Assembly: GCA_964372275.1 (NCBI GenBank)
Contig: CAYJRR010000006.1
Location: 1-64,000, forward strand
From: an uncultured bacterium
Lineage (GTDB): Bacteria; CAYJRR01
Length of the DNA: 64,000 nucleotides
Direction: 5' to 3'
Position 1 is the first letter of the stretch, and the number at the start of each line of letters is the position of its first letter. Below the pieces are notes generated by a model. The model worked only from the letters and a program-made list of their open reading frames with translations, ran no database searches and had not been told where the DNA came from. A program made the position numbers and the translations under genes. Positions 27,042 through 37,123 of this stretch are shown here, piece after piece.

Positions 27042-30000
27042 CAGAAGCTCGTGCCGAGGGTGAAGACGAAGCCGTACGGGTCGCCGAGCGGATAGCCGCG
27101 CTCGTCGCCGGTCGGGGCGAAGGCGTAGCCGAGCCGGATCGTGATCGGGAAGTAGTAGAACCAGATCGTGTCGGCCCGCAGCTCGGCGCCGACGCCGGTG
27201 TGGAATCCGTCGATCGACATCTCCTCGTCGACGTTCCATGCCTGGCCGCTGTCGGCGAAGACGGCGCCGTGGAGTGTCCGCAGATAGAACGGACCCGTCC
27301 CGATCCCCCGGTTCACCCGCCAGATCGGGAAGCGGTACTCCGCCGAGGCGAGGAGCAGGCGCTCGCCGCCGAAGGCGAAGAAGGGGAACCCGCGCAGCGA
27401 GTAGTAGTTCGGCGTCGCGAAGGAGAGGGCGCTCTCCCCGAGCGCGCCGCCGAGCCGGAAGGTGTTCGGACGGATGTCGTCTCCCTGCGCGTAGGAGGCG
27501 ACCGCGCGCAGTCCCAGGACGGAGTGTTTGACGACCGGGACCGGCAGGTAGGCGCGCGTCTCGAGGGTGCCGATCTCCTTGCGGTAGTCGGAGCCGAACA
27601 TCGGCTCGAGGGCTTCGACGGTCGCCGAGAGGCGGTAGCCCTTCGCCGGCGAGATCGACCAGCGGTACTGCTCGGTCCGGTCGAGCGTGACGGCGAAGCT
27701 CGGACCCGCGAAGTTTCCGGCCACCGGCAGGAAGGGGTCGTAGGTACGCGCGTTCAGCTCGGTCCAGGCGGTACGGTGGTCGAAGAGGTAGCGGAGCGAG
27801 AAGAAGTACTTCCGCCGCCAGTAGTAGTAGGCGCCCGCCTGTCCGACGACCCGCTGCTCGAAGTAGTGCTCGCCGGTGGAGTGGACGTTGTAGAGGTGGT
27901 TGCCCGATTCGCGGAAGTCGGCGAGCTCGTAGAGGCTCTGACCGTAGTCGACGACGTAGGTGTCGACGCCGGTGTAGAGGGTCGGCCGCCACCGGTCGTT
28001 GTAGTAGCGCGCCCCGCCGCCGACGAAGTTCGCCGCGCTGTTGTAGTTCACCCAGGCCGAATAGCCGTGGCGGAAGAGAGGATCGGTGCCGCCGGTGAAG
28101 GCGCCGACCGTGAGCCCGCTCTCGGTGATGTAGAGCTGCGCCGGAAGCCAATAGCGCGGAGGGAACAGCGTCTTCCACGGCCGGAACGGCTTCTGCGGGA
28201 CGTTCGAGAGGTCGACCCCCGCGTTCTTGTCGGGACGGTTCTTGGGTCGGCCGCCTTTTGCGGCGGCGTTTTCGTTGGCCTCACGGGCGTCGGGAACGGG
28301 CTCCTGGGCGGGATCCGCGGCGGAGGACGCGGCCGCGGTTGCGGTGGCGGCCGTGGCGGCCGCGATCGCGGTCGCGACCGTTCCCGTTCCCGCGTCCGCG
28401 TCCGAGGGATGACCCCGGTACGATCGCTCGGGTTTCGACGAGGCAAGTTCGGCGAGCACGCCGTCGGAGGGGTCATCCCACGGTCGCGGATTTGGCCTCG
28501 GCAGCGACCGCGACCCCGGACGCGGTTCGGTGCCATTCGACGCCGCGATCTCCGCCTCCTCGCCTGCATCCTCCGGCGCCCGGGTCTGGAATCCCGGCGG
28601 CGGTTTGCACGTGGCGTCGAACATCTCCGCGTCGAAGGTCCAGCCGATCTCCCGCCAGGTCTTCGGATCGAACGCGGTGCGGTAGACGTCGTAGCCGTCG
28701 GCGTCGTAGCCCTGGAAGACGATCCACGCTCCGTCGGGGGTGACCGAGGGCTGGAAGGCGCCGTGGAGCAGGTTGGTGACCTGGTAGTAGCGGCCTTCCG
28801 ACGGCTGGTAGGCGTAGAGGTTCGCGATCCCGGTGCGGTCGGAGGAGAAGAGCAGGTACTGGCCGTCGGCGGTCCAGGTCGGATCGCGGTCGATCGCGCG
28901 GTCGGCGGTGATGCGCTGGACGATCTTCCCCTTGGGATCGAGCAGCACCACGTCGCGATAGCCGCCCTGTGCCCAGGTGGAGACGGCGATCACGCTCCCG
29001 TCCGGTTTCCACCGGGGCGTCGAGTACTGGGTCCAGTCGGTGTGGTTGGTGATCCAGGTGATCGACTGGTCGACCTTGAGCGTCGCCAGATCGTTGTTCG
29101 AGACGTCGTTGGTGACGAACACCAACTCCGTTCCGTCCGGCTTGAACTCCGGCGTCCGGGCGCGGGCGCCGCGCGTCTTCCGCTCCACGCGCTTCTCGTC
29201 GAAGGAGTAGGTGTAGATGTCGCTCCAGAGGTAGAAGTCCTGCCAGAGCTTCTCGGCGCCGAACGCCACCACGGCGGAGTCGGGGCTCCAGCCGAATCCG
29301 TCGGCGGTGTACTTCTCCAGGAGCACCTTGTCGTTCTTGCCGTCGACGTCCATCACCCGGATCGCCGCCGGGCCCTGGCCGTTGGACGACGAATAGACGA
29401 CGCGCTTCCCGTCCGGCGATACGCGCGGCGCCATCACCAGGCCGCCGTGGCGCGTGAGACGCTCGATCGGCGTCAGACCGGATTGGGAGAGCCGCTCCCA
29501 TTCCTGGTTGTAACGGACGCGGAGCTCCTGGCCCCACTCGCGCCAGAGCGCGTAGAACGACTTGCCAAACGCCTTCTTCGCGTGGCCGTTGAGGCGCGGA
29601 TAGAACGGGAAGAAGGGGAAGACCTCGTTGCCCGTGCGGCGGGTGAACTCCTTGATCGCGGCGTCGCCGTACCGATCGCGGAGGTGCTGCCAGAACTGGA
29701 CGCCGAAGATGTACGGGACGTAGCCACCCGGCCACTGCTCGGTATCGCCGCCGGCCCGCGAGATCGGCGGAAACCGGTCCGCGAGGACGGCCGCGCGGAT
29801 CAGCATCTCGGCGAAGCTGGCGCGCCCGCGCCCCGCGCTGGTGAGCTGCGTCTCCTGGTAGGTCGCCAGACCTTCGACGATCCAGCGCGGCTCGACCTGG
29901 TTCGGATCGATCACCGATCCGAAGACCCCGCGCAGCAGCGACGGCATCCCCCCCACCTTGTCGATGTGGACGATGTGCGTCAGCTCGTGGGTGAACAGGA

Positions 30001-30418
30001 CGGTCAGCCAGTCGTCGTAGTTCTCGAGGCTGCTCCCTTCCTGGGGGGCGGTGACGAAGAGGCGGATGGTGTTGAACGGGACGGCGACGGCGAAGCCGTT
30101 GGCGGTGTCGGTGGTGTCGGTCAGCACCACGTGCGTCTTCGACTTCGGCGTCCAGCCCAAGGCGGTGGTGACCTTGTGGTGGATCGGCTCGGCGATCTGC
30201 AGCAGCCGCTGCGCCGCCAGCTCCTCTCCCTGGTACCAGTAGACGACGAAGTGGTCGGTCTCGGCCGTCGTCCACTTCAACGCGGGGTCGAGCGACGCGG
30301 CGAGCGCCGGCGCCGGCAGGAAGAGCGAGGCGGCGGCCGCGAGGCAGGCGAGGGCTCGACGCGAGCCTCGCAACAGGGATTCCAGAGGCGCCCCGGGAAC
30401 GCCCGAACCGGCGGACAT
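27041..30418 (-). CDS. Outer-membrane protein: Zn-metallopeptidase (HEXXH), TolB-like beta-propeller and Omp85-type barrel
   Basis: Start ATG 30418; HELTH and [11 protein letters not shown]40 repeats ([22 protein letters not shown]); LRGF Omp85 motif; terminal Phe. Confidence 0.85.
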   Translation of the reverse strand: MSAGSGVPGAPLESLLRGSRRALACLAAAASLFLPAPALAASLDPALKWTTAETDHFVVYWYQGEELAAQRLLQIAEPIHHKVTTALGWTPKSKTHVVLTDTTDTANGFAVAVPFNTIRLFVTAPQEGSSLENYDDWLTVLFTHELTHIVHIDKVGGMPSLLRGVFGSVIDPNQVEPRWIVEGLATYQETQLTSAGRGRASFAEMLIRAAVLADRFPPISRAGGDTEQWPGGYVPYIFGVQFWQHLRDRYGDAAIKEFTRRTGNEVFPFFPFYPRLNGHAKKAFGKSFYALWREWGQELRVRYNQEWERLSQSGLTPIERLTRHGGLVMAPRVSPDGKRVVYSSSNGQGPAAIRVMDVDGKNDKVLLEKYTADGFGWSPDSAVVAFGAEKLWQDFYLWSDIYTYSFDEKRVERKTRGARARTPEFKPDGTELVFVTNDVSNNDLATLKVDQSITWITNHTDWTQYSTPRWKPDGSVIAVSTWAQGGYRDVVLLDPKGKIVQRITADRAIDRDPTWTADGQYLLFSSDRTGIANLYAYQPSEGRYYQVTNLLHGAFQPSVTPDGAWIVFQGYDADGYDVYRTAFDPKTWREIGWTFDAEMFDATCKPPPGFQTRAPEDAGEEAEIAASNGTEPRPGSRSLPRPNPRPWDDPSDGVLAELASSKPERSYRGHPSDADAGTGTVATAIAAATAATATAAASSAADPAQEPVPDAREANENAAAKGGRPKNRPDKNAGVDLSNVPQKPFRPWKTLFPPRYWLPAQLYITESGLTVGAFTGGTDPLFRHGYSAWVNYNSAANFVGGGARYYNDRWRPTLYTGVDTYVVDYGQSLYELADFRESGNHLYNVHSTGEHYFEQRVVGQAGAYYYWRRKYFFSLRYLFDHRTAWTELNARTYDPFLPVAGNFAGPSFAVTLDRTEQYRWSISPAKGYRLSATVEALEPMFGSDYRKEIGTLETRAYLPVPVVKHSVLGLRAVASYAQGDDIRPNTFRLGGALGESALSFATPNYYSLRGFPFFAFGGERLLLASAEYRFPIWRVNRGIGTGPFYLRTLHGAVFADSGQAWNVDEEMSIDGFHTGVGAELRADTIWFYYFPITIRLGYAFAPTGDERGYPLGDPYGFVFTLGTSF

Positions 30419-30523
30419 GGCGGGGATGCTACCGGTTCGGCCGCGGCCGCTACAAGCGCGCGCTCGCGCGGTATCATGGCGCGGGAGGCTTGGGAGTCCC
30501 CGACAAGCCCGGAAGGCGAAACG

Positions 30524-31999
30524 ATGCGTGCGCCCGTGACTCCGTCCGATCGGCATTCGGTGTTGCGCGCCGTCGGGGAGTGGGTGCGGCGGGAGGTCGC
30601 GATCGACGAGATCCTCGACCGGCTCGTCGACGCGGTGGCGAAGGAGATGGACGCCGAGCGGGTGACGATCTACCTGGTCGATCCGGCGGCCGGCGAGATC
30701 TTCTCCAAGGCGGCGCGGCTCCCCGAACTGAAGGAGATCCGGCTCAAGATCGGGCAGGGGGTGGCCGGCAGCGTCGCGGCCGACGGCGGCGTCGTCAACC
30801 TGCCGGCGCCGTCCGCCGATCCGCGCCTGAACCGGGAGATCGACCGGGTCACGGGATTCGAGACGCGCTCGATGCTGTGCGGAGCGGTGAAGGACCGCGC
30901 GGGGCGGATCCTCGGCGTGATCCAGGTTCTCAACAAGCGCGACGGCGGATTCGGGCCCACCGACGAGTCGCTGATCGAGGCGCTCGGCGCCCAGATCGGG
31001 ACGGTGCTGGAGTCGACCAGCCTCTACGGCGAGCTGCGCGCGCCGGCCCTCCCGGGCTCCAAGCCGGTCGCGTACCACTACAACCGGATCGTCGGGGAGA
31101 GCCCGGCGATGGGGAAGGTCTACGCCCGTCTGGTGAAGGCGGCCGCGACCGACGCGACGGTGCTGATCACCGGCGAGACCGGCACTGGCAAGGGGCTCCT
31201 CGCCCGCGCCGTCCACTTCAACGGCGCGCGCGCCGAGCGGCCGTTCGTGTCGGTCGACTGCGCCGCGATCCCCGAGACCCTGCTCGAGAGCGAACTGTTC
31301 GGGCACGAGCGCGGCGCCTTCACCGGCGCCGACCGCCGCGCCGCGGGGAAGTTCGAGATCGCCGACGGAGGCACCGTCTTCCTCGACGAGATCGGGGATC
31401 TTCCGCCGGCGCTGCAAGGGAAGCTCCTGCGCGTCGTGCAGGAGCGCGCCTTCGAGCGCGTCGGCGGAACCGAGACCTGCAAGGTCGACGTGCGGATCGT
31501 CGCCGCCACCCACCGGGACCTGCAGCGCGAAGTGGAGAAGGGGCGCTTCCGCGAGGACCTCTACTACCGCCTGCGCGTGGTGTCGATCGAGATGCCGCCG
31601 CTGCGCGAGCGGGGCCGCGACGACCTCCTCCGCCTGATCCGCCACTTCCTGGTGGAGTTCGCGCGGCGCCACCGCAAGGAGATCGCCGGAATCGAGCCCG
31701 ATGCGCTGGAGCGCCTGGTCGCCCATCGCTGGCCCGGGAACATCCGCGAGCTGGAGAACTGCCTCGAAGGGGCGGTCGTCCTGGCCGAAGGCCCGACCCT
31801 TCGCGCGACCGACCTCCCGCTCGCGACGCGCACGCCGGCTCCGGGCGCCGATCTGGCGAACCTGACCTGGGACGAGATGGAACGCCGCTACCTGGAGCGC
31901 GTGCTGGAGGCGACCGGCGGGAATCGCGCGGAGGCGGCGCGGCGGATGGGGATCGGCCGGAACACCCTGTTGCGCGCCCTGAAACGCCACCGGCTGTAG
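30524..31999 (+). CDS. GAF-domain sigma54-dependent transcriptional activator
   Basis: GAF ([21 protein letters not shown]); [28 protein letters not shown]; alternative start 30476. Confidence 0.92.
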   Translation: MRAPVTPSDRHSVLRAVGEWVRREVAIDEILDRLVDAVAKEMDAERVTIYLVDPAAGEIFSKAARLPELKEIRLKIGQGVAGSVAADGGVVNLPAPSADPRLNREIDRVTGFETRSMLCGAVKDRAGRILGVIQVLNKRDGGFGPTDESLIEALGAQIGTVLESTSLYGELRAPALPGSKPVAYHYNRIVGESPAMGKVYARLVKAAATDATVLITGETGTGKGLLARAVHFNGARAERPFVSVDCAAIPETLLESELFGHERGAFTGADRRAAGKFEIADGGTVFLDEIGDLPPALQGKLLRVVQERAFERVGGTETCKVDVRIVAATHRDLQREVEKGRFREDLYYRLRVVSIEMPPLRERGRDDLLRLIRHFLVEFARRHRKEIAGIEPDALERLVAHRWPGNIRELENCLEGAVVLAEGPTLRATDLPLATRTPAPGADLANLTWDEMERRYLERVLEATGGNRAEAARRMGIGRNTLLRALKRHRL

Positions 32000-32128
32000 T
32001 CGACGGCCATCCGCAGGGCTGGCAGCGCGGCGTGCGGGCGATCACCGTGCGCGCCGGATGCGAGCGGACCGTCCGGAATCGGCGCATCGTTCGAGCGGCA
32101 TCTCCTCGGATTCATCTCCGTTTCATCG

Positions 32129-32144
32129 CGGCACGCGGACTGCA
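32129..32144 (+). promoter_or_regulatory. Sigma54 promoter of the SPFH gene
   Basis: CGGCAC-GCGGA-CTGCA (GG-N10-GC), directly downstream of a sigma54 activator gene. Confidence 0.7.
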
Positions 32145-32183
32145 CCGCCATTGCCCGAACCGACCGCCGGGGAGGGCACGACG

Positions 32184-33578
32184 ATGAACAACGCCGCGCA
32201 GAAGGGGAACGTCGAGAGGCTGGCCGATCGCCGCGAACGAAGCGCGCCCGAGGGCACGGGCCCGGGGCGGACTCGATACGCCGAGGGCTGGCGGGAGGGG
32301 AAGCCGGTCGAGGACCCGGAGAAGACGAAGAGCTGGGGCTTCATCACCGCCAAACCGTCCGAGTACCTGGTGCACGTCCGCCGCGGCCGGGTGATGGCGC
32401 GCACGTCGGGGCAAGGGGGCTCCTGCTTCAAGCTCCCGTGGGACTCGGTGGCGATCATCCCGACCACGCTCTCGAGGCTGCAGTTCCGGGCGGACCAGGT
32501 CACGCGCGAGAAGGTCGGGGTCGAAGTGGTCGGGCTCGCCGTCTATCGCATCACCAATCCGGAGCTGACCTACAAGATGCTCAACTTCTCCTTTGCCGAG
32601 CGAGCCGGGGAGAAGCTGGAGGAGACGCTCGGGGAGATGTTCGTCGGATCGGTGCGGCGCCTGGTCGCCAACATGTCGGTGGAGGAGGTCCTGACTCGCC
32701 GCAAGGAGGGGCTGGCCGCCGAGCTGATGCGCGAGATCGCCCCCGTCGTCCAGGGGAGCGGCCGGCCGGAGGACGCCACCGAGCGCGGATGGGGAGTGGT
32801 GATCGACACCATCGAGATCCAGGACGTGCGTGTCCTCTCGCACGAGGTCTTCTCCAACATGCAGGCCCTGTTCCGCAGCGACCTGGAGAGGCGCGCGCGA
32901 GAGGCCTGGATCGCCGCCGAAGCGGCGACGCGGGAGCGGAAGGCGCAGGCGGAGAGCCGGGCGGCGGAGATCGAGTACGGCGAGGCGATCAAGCGGGAGC
33001 GGATCCGCGCCGCCGCGGAACGGGTCAAGATCGAGGAGAAGGAGTCGCTCGACCAGCGCGCCATCGCCGCCCAGGCGCGCATCGCCTCCGAGCAACGGGC
33101 GCAGGAGCAGGCGGCCCGGCTCGCCGAGATCGAGCGCGAGCGCGAGGCGACGCTCGCGCGGAGGGCGGCGCTCGAGGCGAAGACGGAACTGGAGCGCGAG
33201 GAGACGGCCGCCCGGAACGAGCTCCAGCGGGCCGAACTCGCCGGGCGGATCGAGCGGGAGCGCACGCTGTCGGAGGCGCAGTCGGCGCAACGAGAGCGGG
33301 AGATCTCGCTCGACCGCCTCGCCGGGGAGACCGAGAACCTGGTCGCGCTGGGGCGCCGGCAGGTGGCGAACCTGGTGAGCGACGAGGCGATCCGACGCGA
33401 GCTCGTGGCGCAGACGATTCCCGCGGTCGCCGCGGCCTTCGCCAAGAACTTCGGGGAGATGCGCTTCACCCAGATCGGCGGGGTCGAAGGCGGCGATCCG
33501 ATGTCGTTCATGGCCAAGGCGTTCGCCCAGGTGGTCGAAGTGGCGCGCTCGGCCGGGTTCCTGGCGGAAAAGGAGTAA
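32184..33578 (+). CDS. SPFH/Band 7 (flotillin-like) protein
   Basis: ITAKPSEYLV, WGVVIDTIEIQDV SPFH core followed by a long AE/R-rich coiled coil; GGAGG RBS. Confidence 0.85.
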   Translation: MNNAAQKGNVERLADRRERSAPEGTGPGRTRYAEGWREGKPVEDPEKTKSWGFITAKPSEYLVHVRRGRVMARTSGQGGSCFKLPWDSVAIIPTTLSRLQFRADQVTREKVGVEVVGLAVYRITNPELTYKMLNFSFAERAGEKLEETLGEMFVGSVRRLVANMSVEEVLTRRKEGLAAELMREIAPVVQGSGRPEDATERGWGVVIDTIEIQDVRVLSHEVFSNMQALFRSDLERRAREAWIAAEAATRERKAQAESRAAEIEYGEAIKRERIRAAAERVKIEEKESLDQRAIAAQARIASEQRAQEQAARLAEIEREREATLARRAALEAKTELEREETAARNELQRAELAGRIERERTLSEAQSAQREREISLDRLAGETENLVALGRRQVANLVSDEAIRRELVAQTIPAVAAAFAKNFGEMRFTQIGGVEGGDPMSFMAKAFAQVVEVARSAGFLAEKE

Positions 33579-33641
33579 CCGGCGAGCGAAGTGACGTCGC
33601 GCGTCGGCGGCGACTACAATCGCCCGAGGATCGGAGGGGCG

Positions 33642-34055
33642 ATGCGGATCTGCGCGCGGCTCGTCGGAGTGGCCGGGTGCGCCATGGTGGCCACGGCCGT
33701 GGCGGCGTCGGACGGCGCGATATCCCGCGTCGCGGGGGCGCTGACCGCGCCCGACGGAGCACCCGGGTTCGAGCGCTTCCGGTTGAGCGCGGGGGACGGC
33801 TCGTCGGGCGCATCGCTGGAGCTGATCGCCGCCGGCGCCACCTGCCGGTACGCGCTCCAGCGGTTCGAATCGAACCCGCTCGCCCCGGCGCGAACGGTCG
33901 AGTTCGCGGGGACGCGGGTCGAGTGCGACCTTTCGCGCGGGGAGCGGGTGCGGGGGTACGTGAACGTCGACGCGCCGGAAGCGCCGGGGTTCGTCCAGCT
34001 GTTCGAGGGGAAGAAGCGGCTCGAATACGTGGTGAAGGCGGCGACGGCCGAATGA
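33642..34055 (+). CDS. Small secreted hypothetical protein
   Basis: GGAGG RBS, signal peptide ending AVAA, one Cys pair; ATGA-coupled to the PAD gene. Confidence 0.55.
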   Translation: MRICARLVGVAGCAMVATAVAASDGAISRVAGALTAPDGAPGFERFRLSAGDGSSGASLELIAAGATCRYALQRFESNPLAPARTVEFAGTRVECDLSRGERVRGYVNVDAPEAPGFVQLFEGKKRLEYVVKAATAE

Positions 34056-35551
34056 CGCACGCGAGGCTCGCCGTCCTGGCGGTCGGCCTCGCGATCGCGA
34101 GCCCGGCCGTCCGTCCCGTCCGCGCGGCGGGAAGCGGCGATTGCCCGCCGGGCGGCGCATGGGACGGAGCGCGCGCCCTCGTCGAGACCGCGCGCCACTG
34201 GTGGAGGCGCGTGCTCGGAACCGCGCCGACCGCGACCGGACCGGCCGCCACCGTTGCGCCGTCGAACGAACCGGCGGTCACGCCGCCGCCGCGGAGATGG
34301 CTCGCCTCGGGGCGCCTCGTCGAGTGTCCGCCCGGGAGCGGATTCCGGCCGCTGACGAGCGCGCACCCGCCGGCGGAGGTGTTCGTCGGCTACTACCAGA
34401 ACCCCGGCTACAACAACGGCGCCTACGTTCGCCGACTCGCGGAGATCGTCGAACGTGCCGCGCCGGGAACCCCGGTCCGCGTGCTGGCCAACCCCGGGGA
34501 CCGCGTCGGATTGGGATTCGCATCGGAGTCATCGCGCGTCGGCAACGTGACGGTCGTCGACACCGACGCCGAGGTCGTCATGTGGGCACAGGATCCGATG
34601 GAGATCGGCATCACCGGTGATCCGCCGCGACCGGCCGTGGCTCCGTCCACGCTCACGCGGTACGGCTCGACGGCTCGCCAGCTCGGCCTGCCGACGACGG
34701 CGGGGTTCGAGTGGCCGACGTTCATCGCGCCGATGCCGCCGGTNNNNNNNNNNGACGAGAAGGGTGGCAACCTCGAAGGCTTTCCCGGCGGGGTGCCGGT
34801 GGCCGGATCCAACATCGGATTTCCGCCGGGCGCCGAGCCTTCCGGACTCGTTCGCGTCGACACGTCGTTCCTGAACGTCGGACACGTCGACGAGCTCTAC
34901 GCCGTCGTGCCGACCGACCGTCCGGAGCCGTGCAACTTCGCCCTGCTCTACGCCTCGCCGGCGCTCGGGCTGGAGGTCGCCGGCCGCGCGCGCGATCGGG
35001 ACCGGACGGCAGCGGTGGAGCCGCCCTTCTTCGTTTCCGCGCCGCCCCGGGCGCCGCCGGGCGAACCGCTCGACTGTCTCGAGGCGCTGCCGCGGGCGTC
35101 GGTGATGGGCGGTGGAGCGACGATGGGAACACGCCCGATGCAGGCCGGCGAAGCGCTGGAGTGCGGGGAGCTGGTGCGCGCCAACCGCGCCTACGAGTCG
35201 ATCGTCCGGTCCGGCGCCGAGCGGATCGCCGGCGCGGTGGCGGCGCGGAGCGGTTGCCGGGAGCCGCCGCTGGTCCCGATGCCGCAGCTCTTCCGGCCGT
35301 CGAACGCCCGAGACACCTACGGCCGCGGCGACGGTGCGACCGCGATCAACCCGAACCCGGTCAACAGCCTGGTCCTCGACCGCACGGTCGTCGTCGCCGA
35401 ACAGCCCAATGCGGCGTTCCAGGAGGCGGTGAGCTCGCGTCTGACCGCGCTCGGGCTACGGCCGGAGTTCATCGACGCGAGCTTCTACCACTTCAATTGG
35501 GGCACCGTGCACTGCAGCACCAACGTGCGCCGCGGCTGCGTCCCGCGGTAG
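34052..35551 (+). CDS. Secreted protein-arginine deiminase (PAD family); spans an N gap
   Basis: WAQD, GGNLE, LNVGHVDE, NPVNSLV, YHxxxGTVHCSTNVRR match the PAD catalytic motifs; signal peptide. Confidence 0.85.
   Translation: MTHARLAVLAVGLAIASPAVRPVRAAGSGDCPPGGAWDGARALVETARHWWRRVLGTAPTATGPAATVAPSNEPAVTPPPRRWLASGRLVECPPGSGFRPLTSAHPPAEVFVGYYQNPGYNNGAYVRRLAEIVERAAPGTPVRVLANPGDRVGLGFASESSRVGNVTVVDTDAEVVMWAQDPMEIGITGDPPRPAVAPSTLTRYGSTARQLGLPTTAGFEWPTFIAPMPPXXXXDEKGGNLEGFPGGVPVAGSNIGFPPGAEPSGLVRVDTSFLNVGHVDELYAVVPTDRPEPCNFALLYASPALGLEVAGRARDRDRTAAVEPPFFVSAPPRAPPGEPLDCLEALPRASVMGGGATMGTRPMQAGEALECGELVRANRAYESIVRSGAERIAGAVAARSGCREPPLVPMPQLFRPSNARDTYGRGDGATAINPNPVNSLVLDRTVVVAEQPNAAFQEAVSSRLTALGLRPEFIDASFYHFNWGTVHCSTNVRRGCVPR
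34744..34753. other. Assembly gap (10 N)
   Basis: Run of n. Confidence 1.
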
Positions 35552-35552
35552 G

Positions 35553-37067
35553 TCACGGCTTCGTCCGGAGGTCGACCGTTGCGCGCTCGCCGGGGGTCAA
35601 GGTGACGCTGCGCTCGCGCCGGCCGTGTCGGGGATGGACGACGGCGAAGCGGTGCTCGCCGGCGTGGAGCTTGCGGCGGCCGACCGGCGCGCGTCCGATC
35701 TTCTTCCCGTCGACGTAGACGGTGGCGCCGTCGTCGGCGCGCAGGGTGACGATCGCCGGGATGCCACGCTTCCGAACCGCCGCGGTCCGCTCGCCACCCG
35801 ATCGCGGCGTGCCGGAGGGGCGGGCCGGACGGGCCCCGGCGGCGATCGTGGCGGAAGGCGTGGCGGAGAGTGGCGCGCCGGAGTGCGGCGGACGGTCGCG
35901 AACGGTCCCGATCGCCACGGCGATCCCCGCCGCCGCCAGGGCCAGCCCGATCGGCAGGTGTCCGAGGCGGCGGCGAAACGGATTCTCCGAGCCCGCGGTG
36001 GTGCGGGTCGCCGACGGCCGCTCCCCCCGGCCGACGATCGTCACCGCCTCGGCCGGGTCGGGAAGGGAGACCGAGACCGAGGCGGTCCCGGTCGCCTCGG
36101 TGACCTCGCCGGTACCGGTCGACACTCCGGGCCGCATCGCGTCGCGCAGCCGGGCGCTGATCGAGCGCTCCGGCGCCGTCGGAGTTTCGGCGGCGAGTCG
36201 CCGCACCCGGCGGCCCAGTTCCGGTGCCGGATCGCGCACGGCATCGGGGCCGAGCGCCAGGCGCTGGCAGCACTCGTCCAGGCGCGCGGAGAAGACCGAC
36301 GCCGAAGGAAGCCGTTCCTCCGGGGAGACGGCGAGCGCGTCCCGGGCGAGGAGGGTCAGCGCCTCCGGAACCTGGCCGACGACGCGCGACAGCGGCTCGA
36401 CGGCAACGTCCGGGTCGGGGGCGAACCCCGCCACCGCCTCGTAGAGGAGGGCCCCCAACGCGTAGACGTCGGTTCTCGCGTCGACCGTCCGCCCCTTGCG
36501 CTGCTCCGGGCTCATGTAGCGGCGCTTCCCCAGCACCGCCCCCGTGCCGGTGGCGATGCTGCGGGCGATCCCGGCGGCGACGGCGATCCCGAAGTCGCCG
36601 AGCTTCACGCCGCCGTCGACCGAGACCAGCACGTTCTGCGGCGAGATGTCGCGGTGGACGATCCCCTGGCGGTGCGCGTAGTCGACGGCGCGCGCCACCT
36701 CCAGGACGGCGAACAGCTCGAGCGCGAGCGGAAGCGGCTCCGACTTCGCCTTCGAACGCGCGTGGATCGTCGCCAGGTCGAGCCCGTCGATCCATTCCAG
36801 CGCGATGAAATACTGCTCGCCGACGCGTCCCAGCTCGTAGACCTGGACGATGTTGCGGTGGGAGAGCTGGACGGCGATCTTGGCTTCGGCGATCAGCCGC
36901 TCGATGAACTCCCGGTCGTCGGAGAGGTGCGGCAAGATCCGCTTGACGGCGCACGAACGCTCGAAGCCGGCCAGCCCCGCGAAGCTGGCGCGGAAGACCT
37001 CGCCCATCCCCCCCACGGCAATCTTCTCGTGCAGGACGTAGTTGCCGTATCGGTGCGGAAGCTCCAT
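35553..37067 (-). CDS. Membrane Ser/Thr protein kinase with C-terminal PEGA-like domain
   Basis: GGMGEVF, AVKRIL, HRDISPQN, DFG, YMSPEQ; TM; ATVYVDGKKIGRAP. Confidence 0.92.
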   Translation of the reverse strand: MELPHRYGNYVLHEKIAVGGMGEVFRASFAGLAGFERSCAVKRILPHLSDDREFIERLIAEAKIAVQLSHRNIVQVYELGRVGEQYFIALEWIDGLDLATIHARSKAKSEPLPLALELFAVLEVARAVDYAHRQGIVHRDISPQNVLVSVDGGVKLGDFGIAVAAGIARSIATGTGAVLGKRRYMSPEQRKGRTVDARTDVYALGALLYEAVAGFAPDPDVAVEPLSRVVGQVPEALTLLARDALAVSPEERLPSASVFSARLDECCQRLALGPDAVRDPAPELGRRVRRLAAETPTAPERSISARLRDAMRPGVSTGTGEVTEATGTASVSVSLPDPAEAVTIVGRGERPSATRTTAGSENPFRRRLGHLPIGLALAAAGIAVAIGTVRDRPPHSGAPLSATPSATIAAGARPARPSGTPRSGGERTAAVRKRGIPAIVTLRADDGATVYVDGKKIGRAPVGRRKLHAGEHRFAVVHPRHGRRERSVTLTPGERATVDLRTKP

Positions 37068-37123
37068 CGGCGGTACCGGTCGATCTTCCTCTCTCACGCG
37101 AAGCCGTGACAACATCGACCCGG

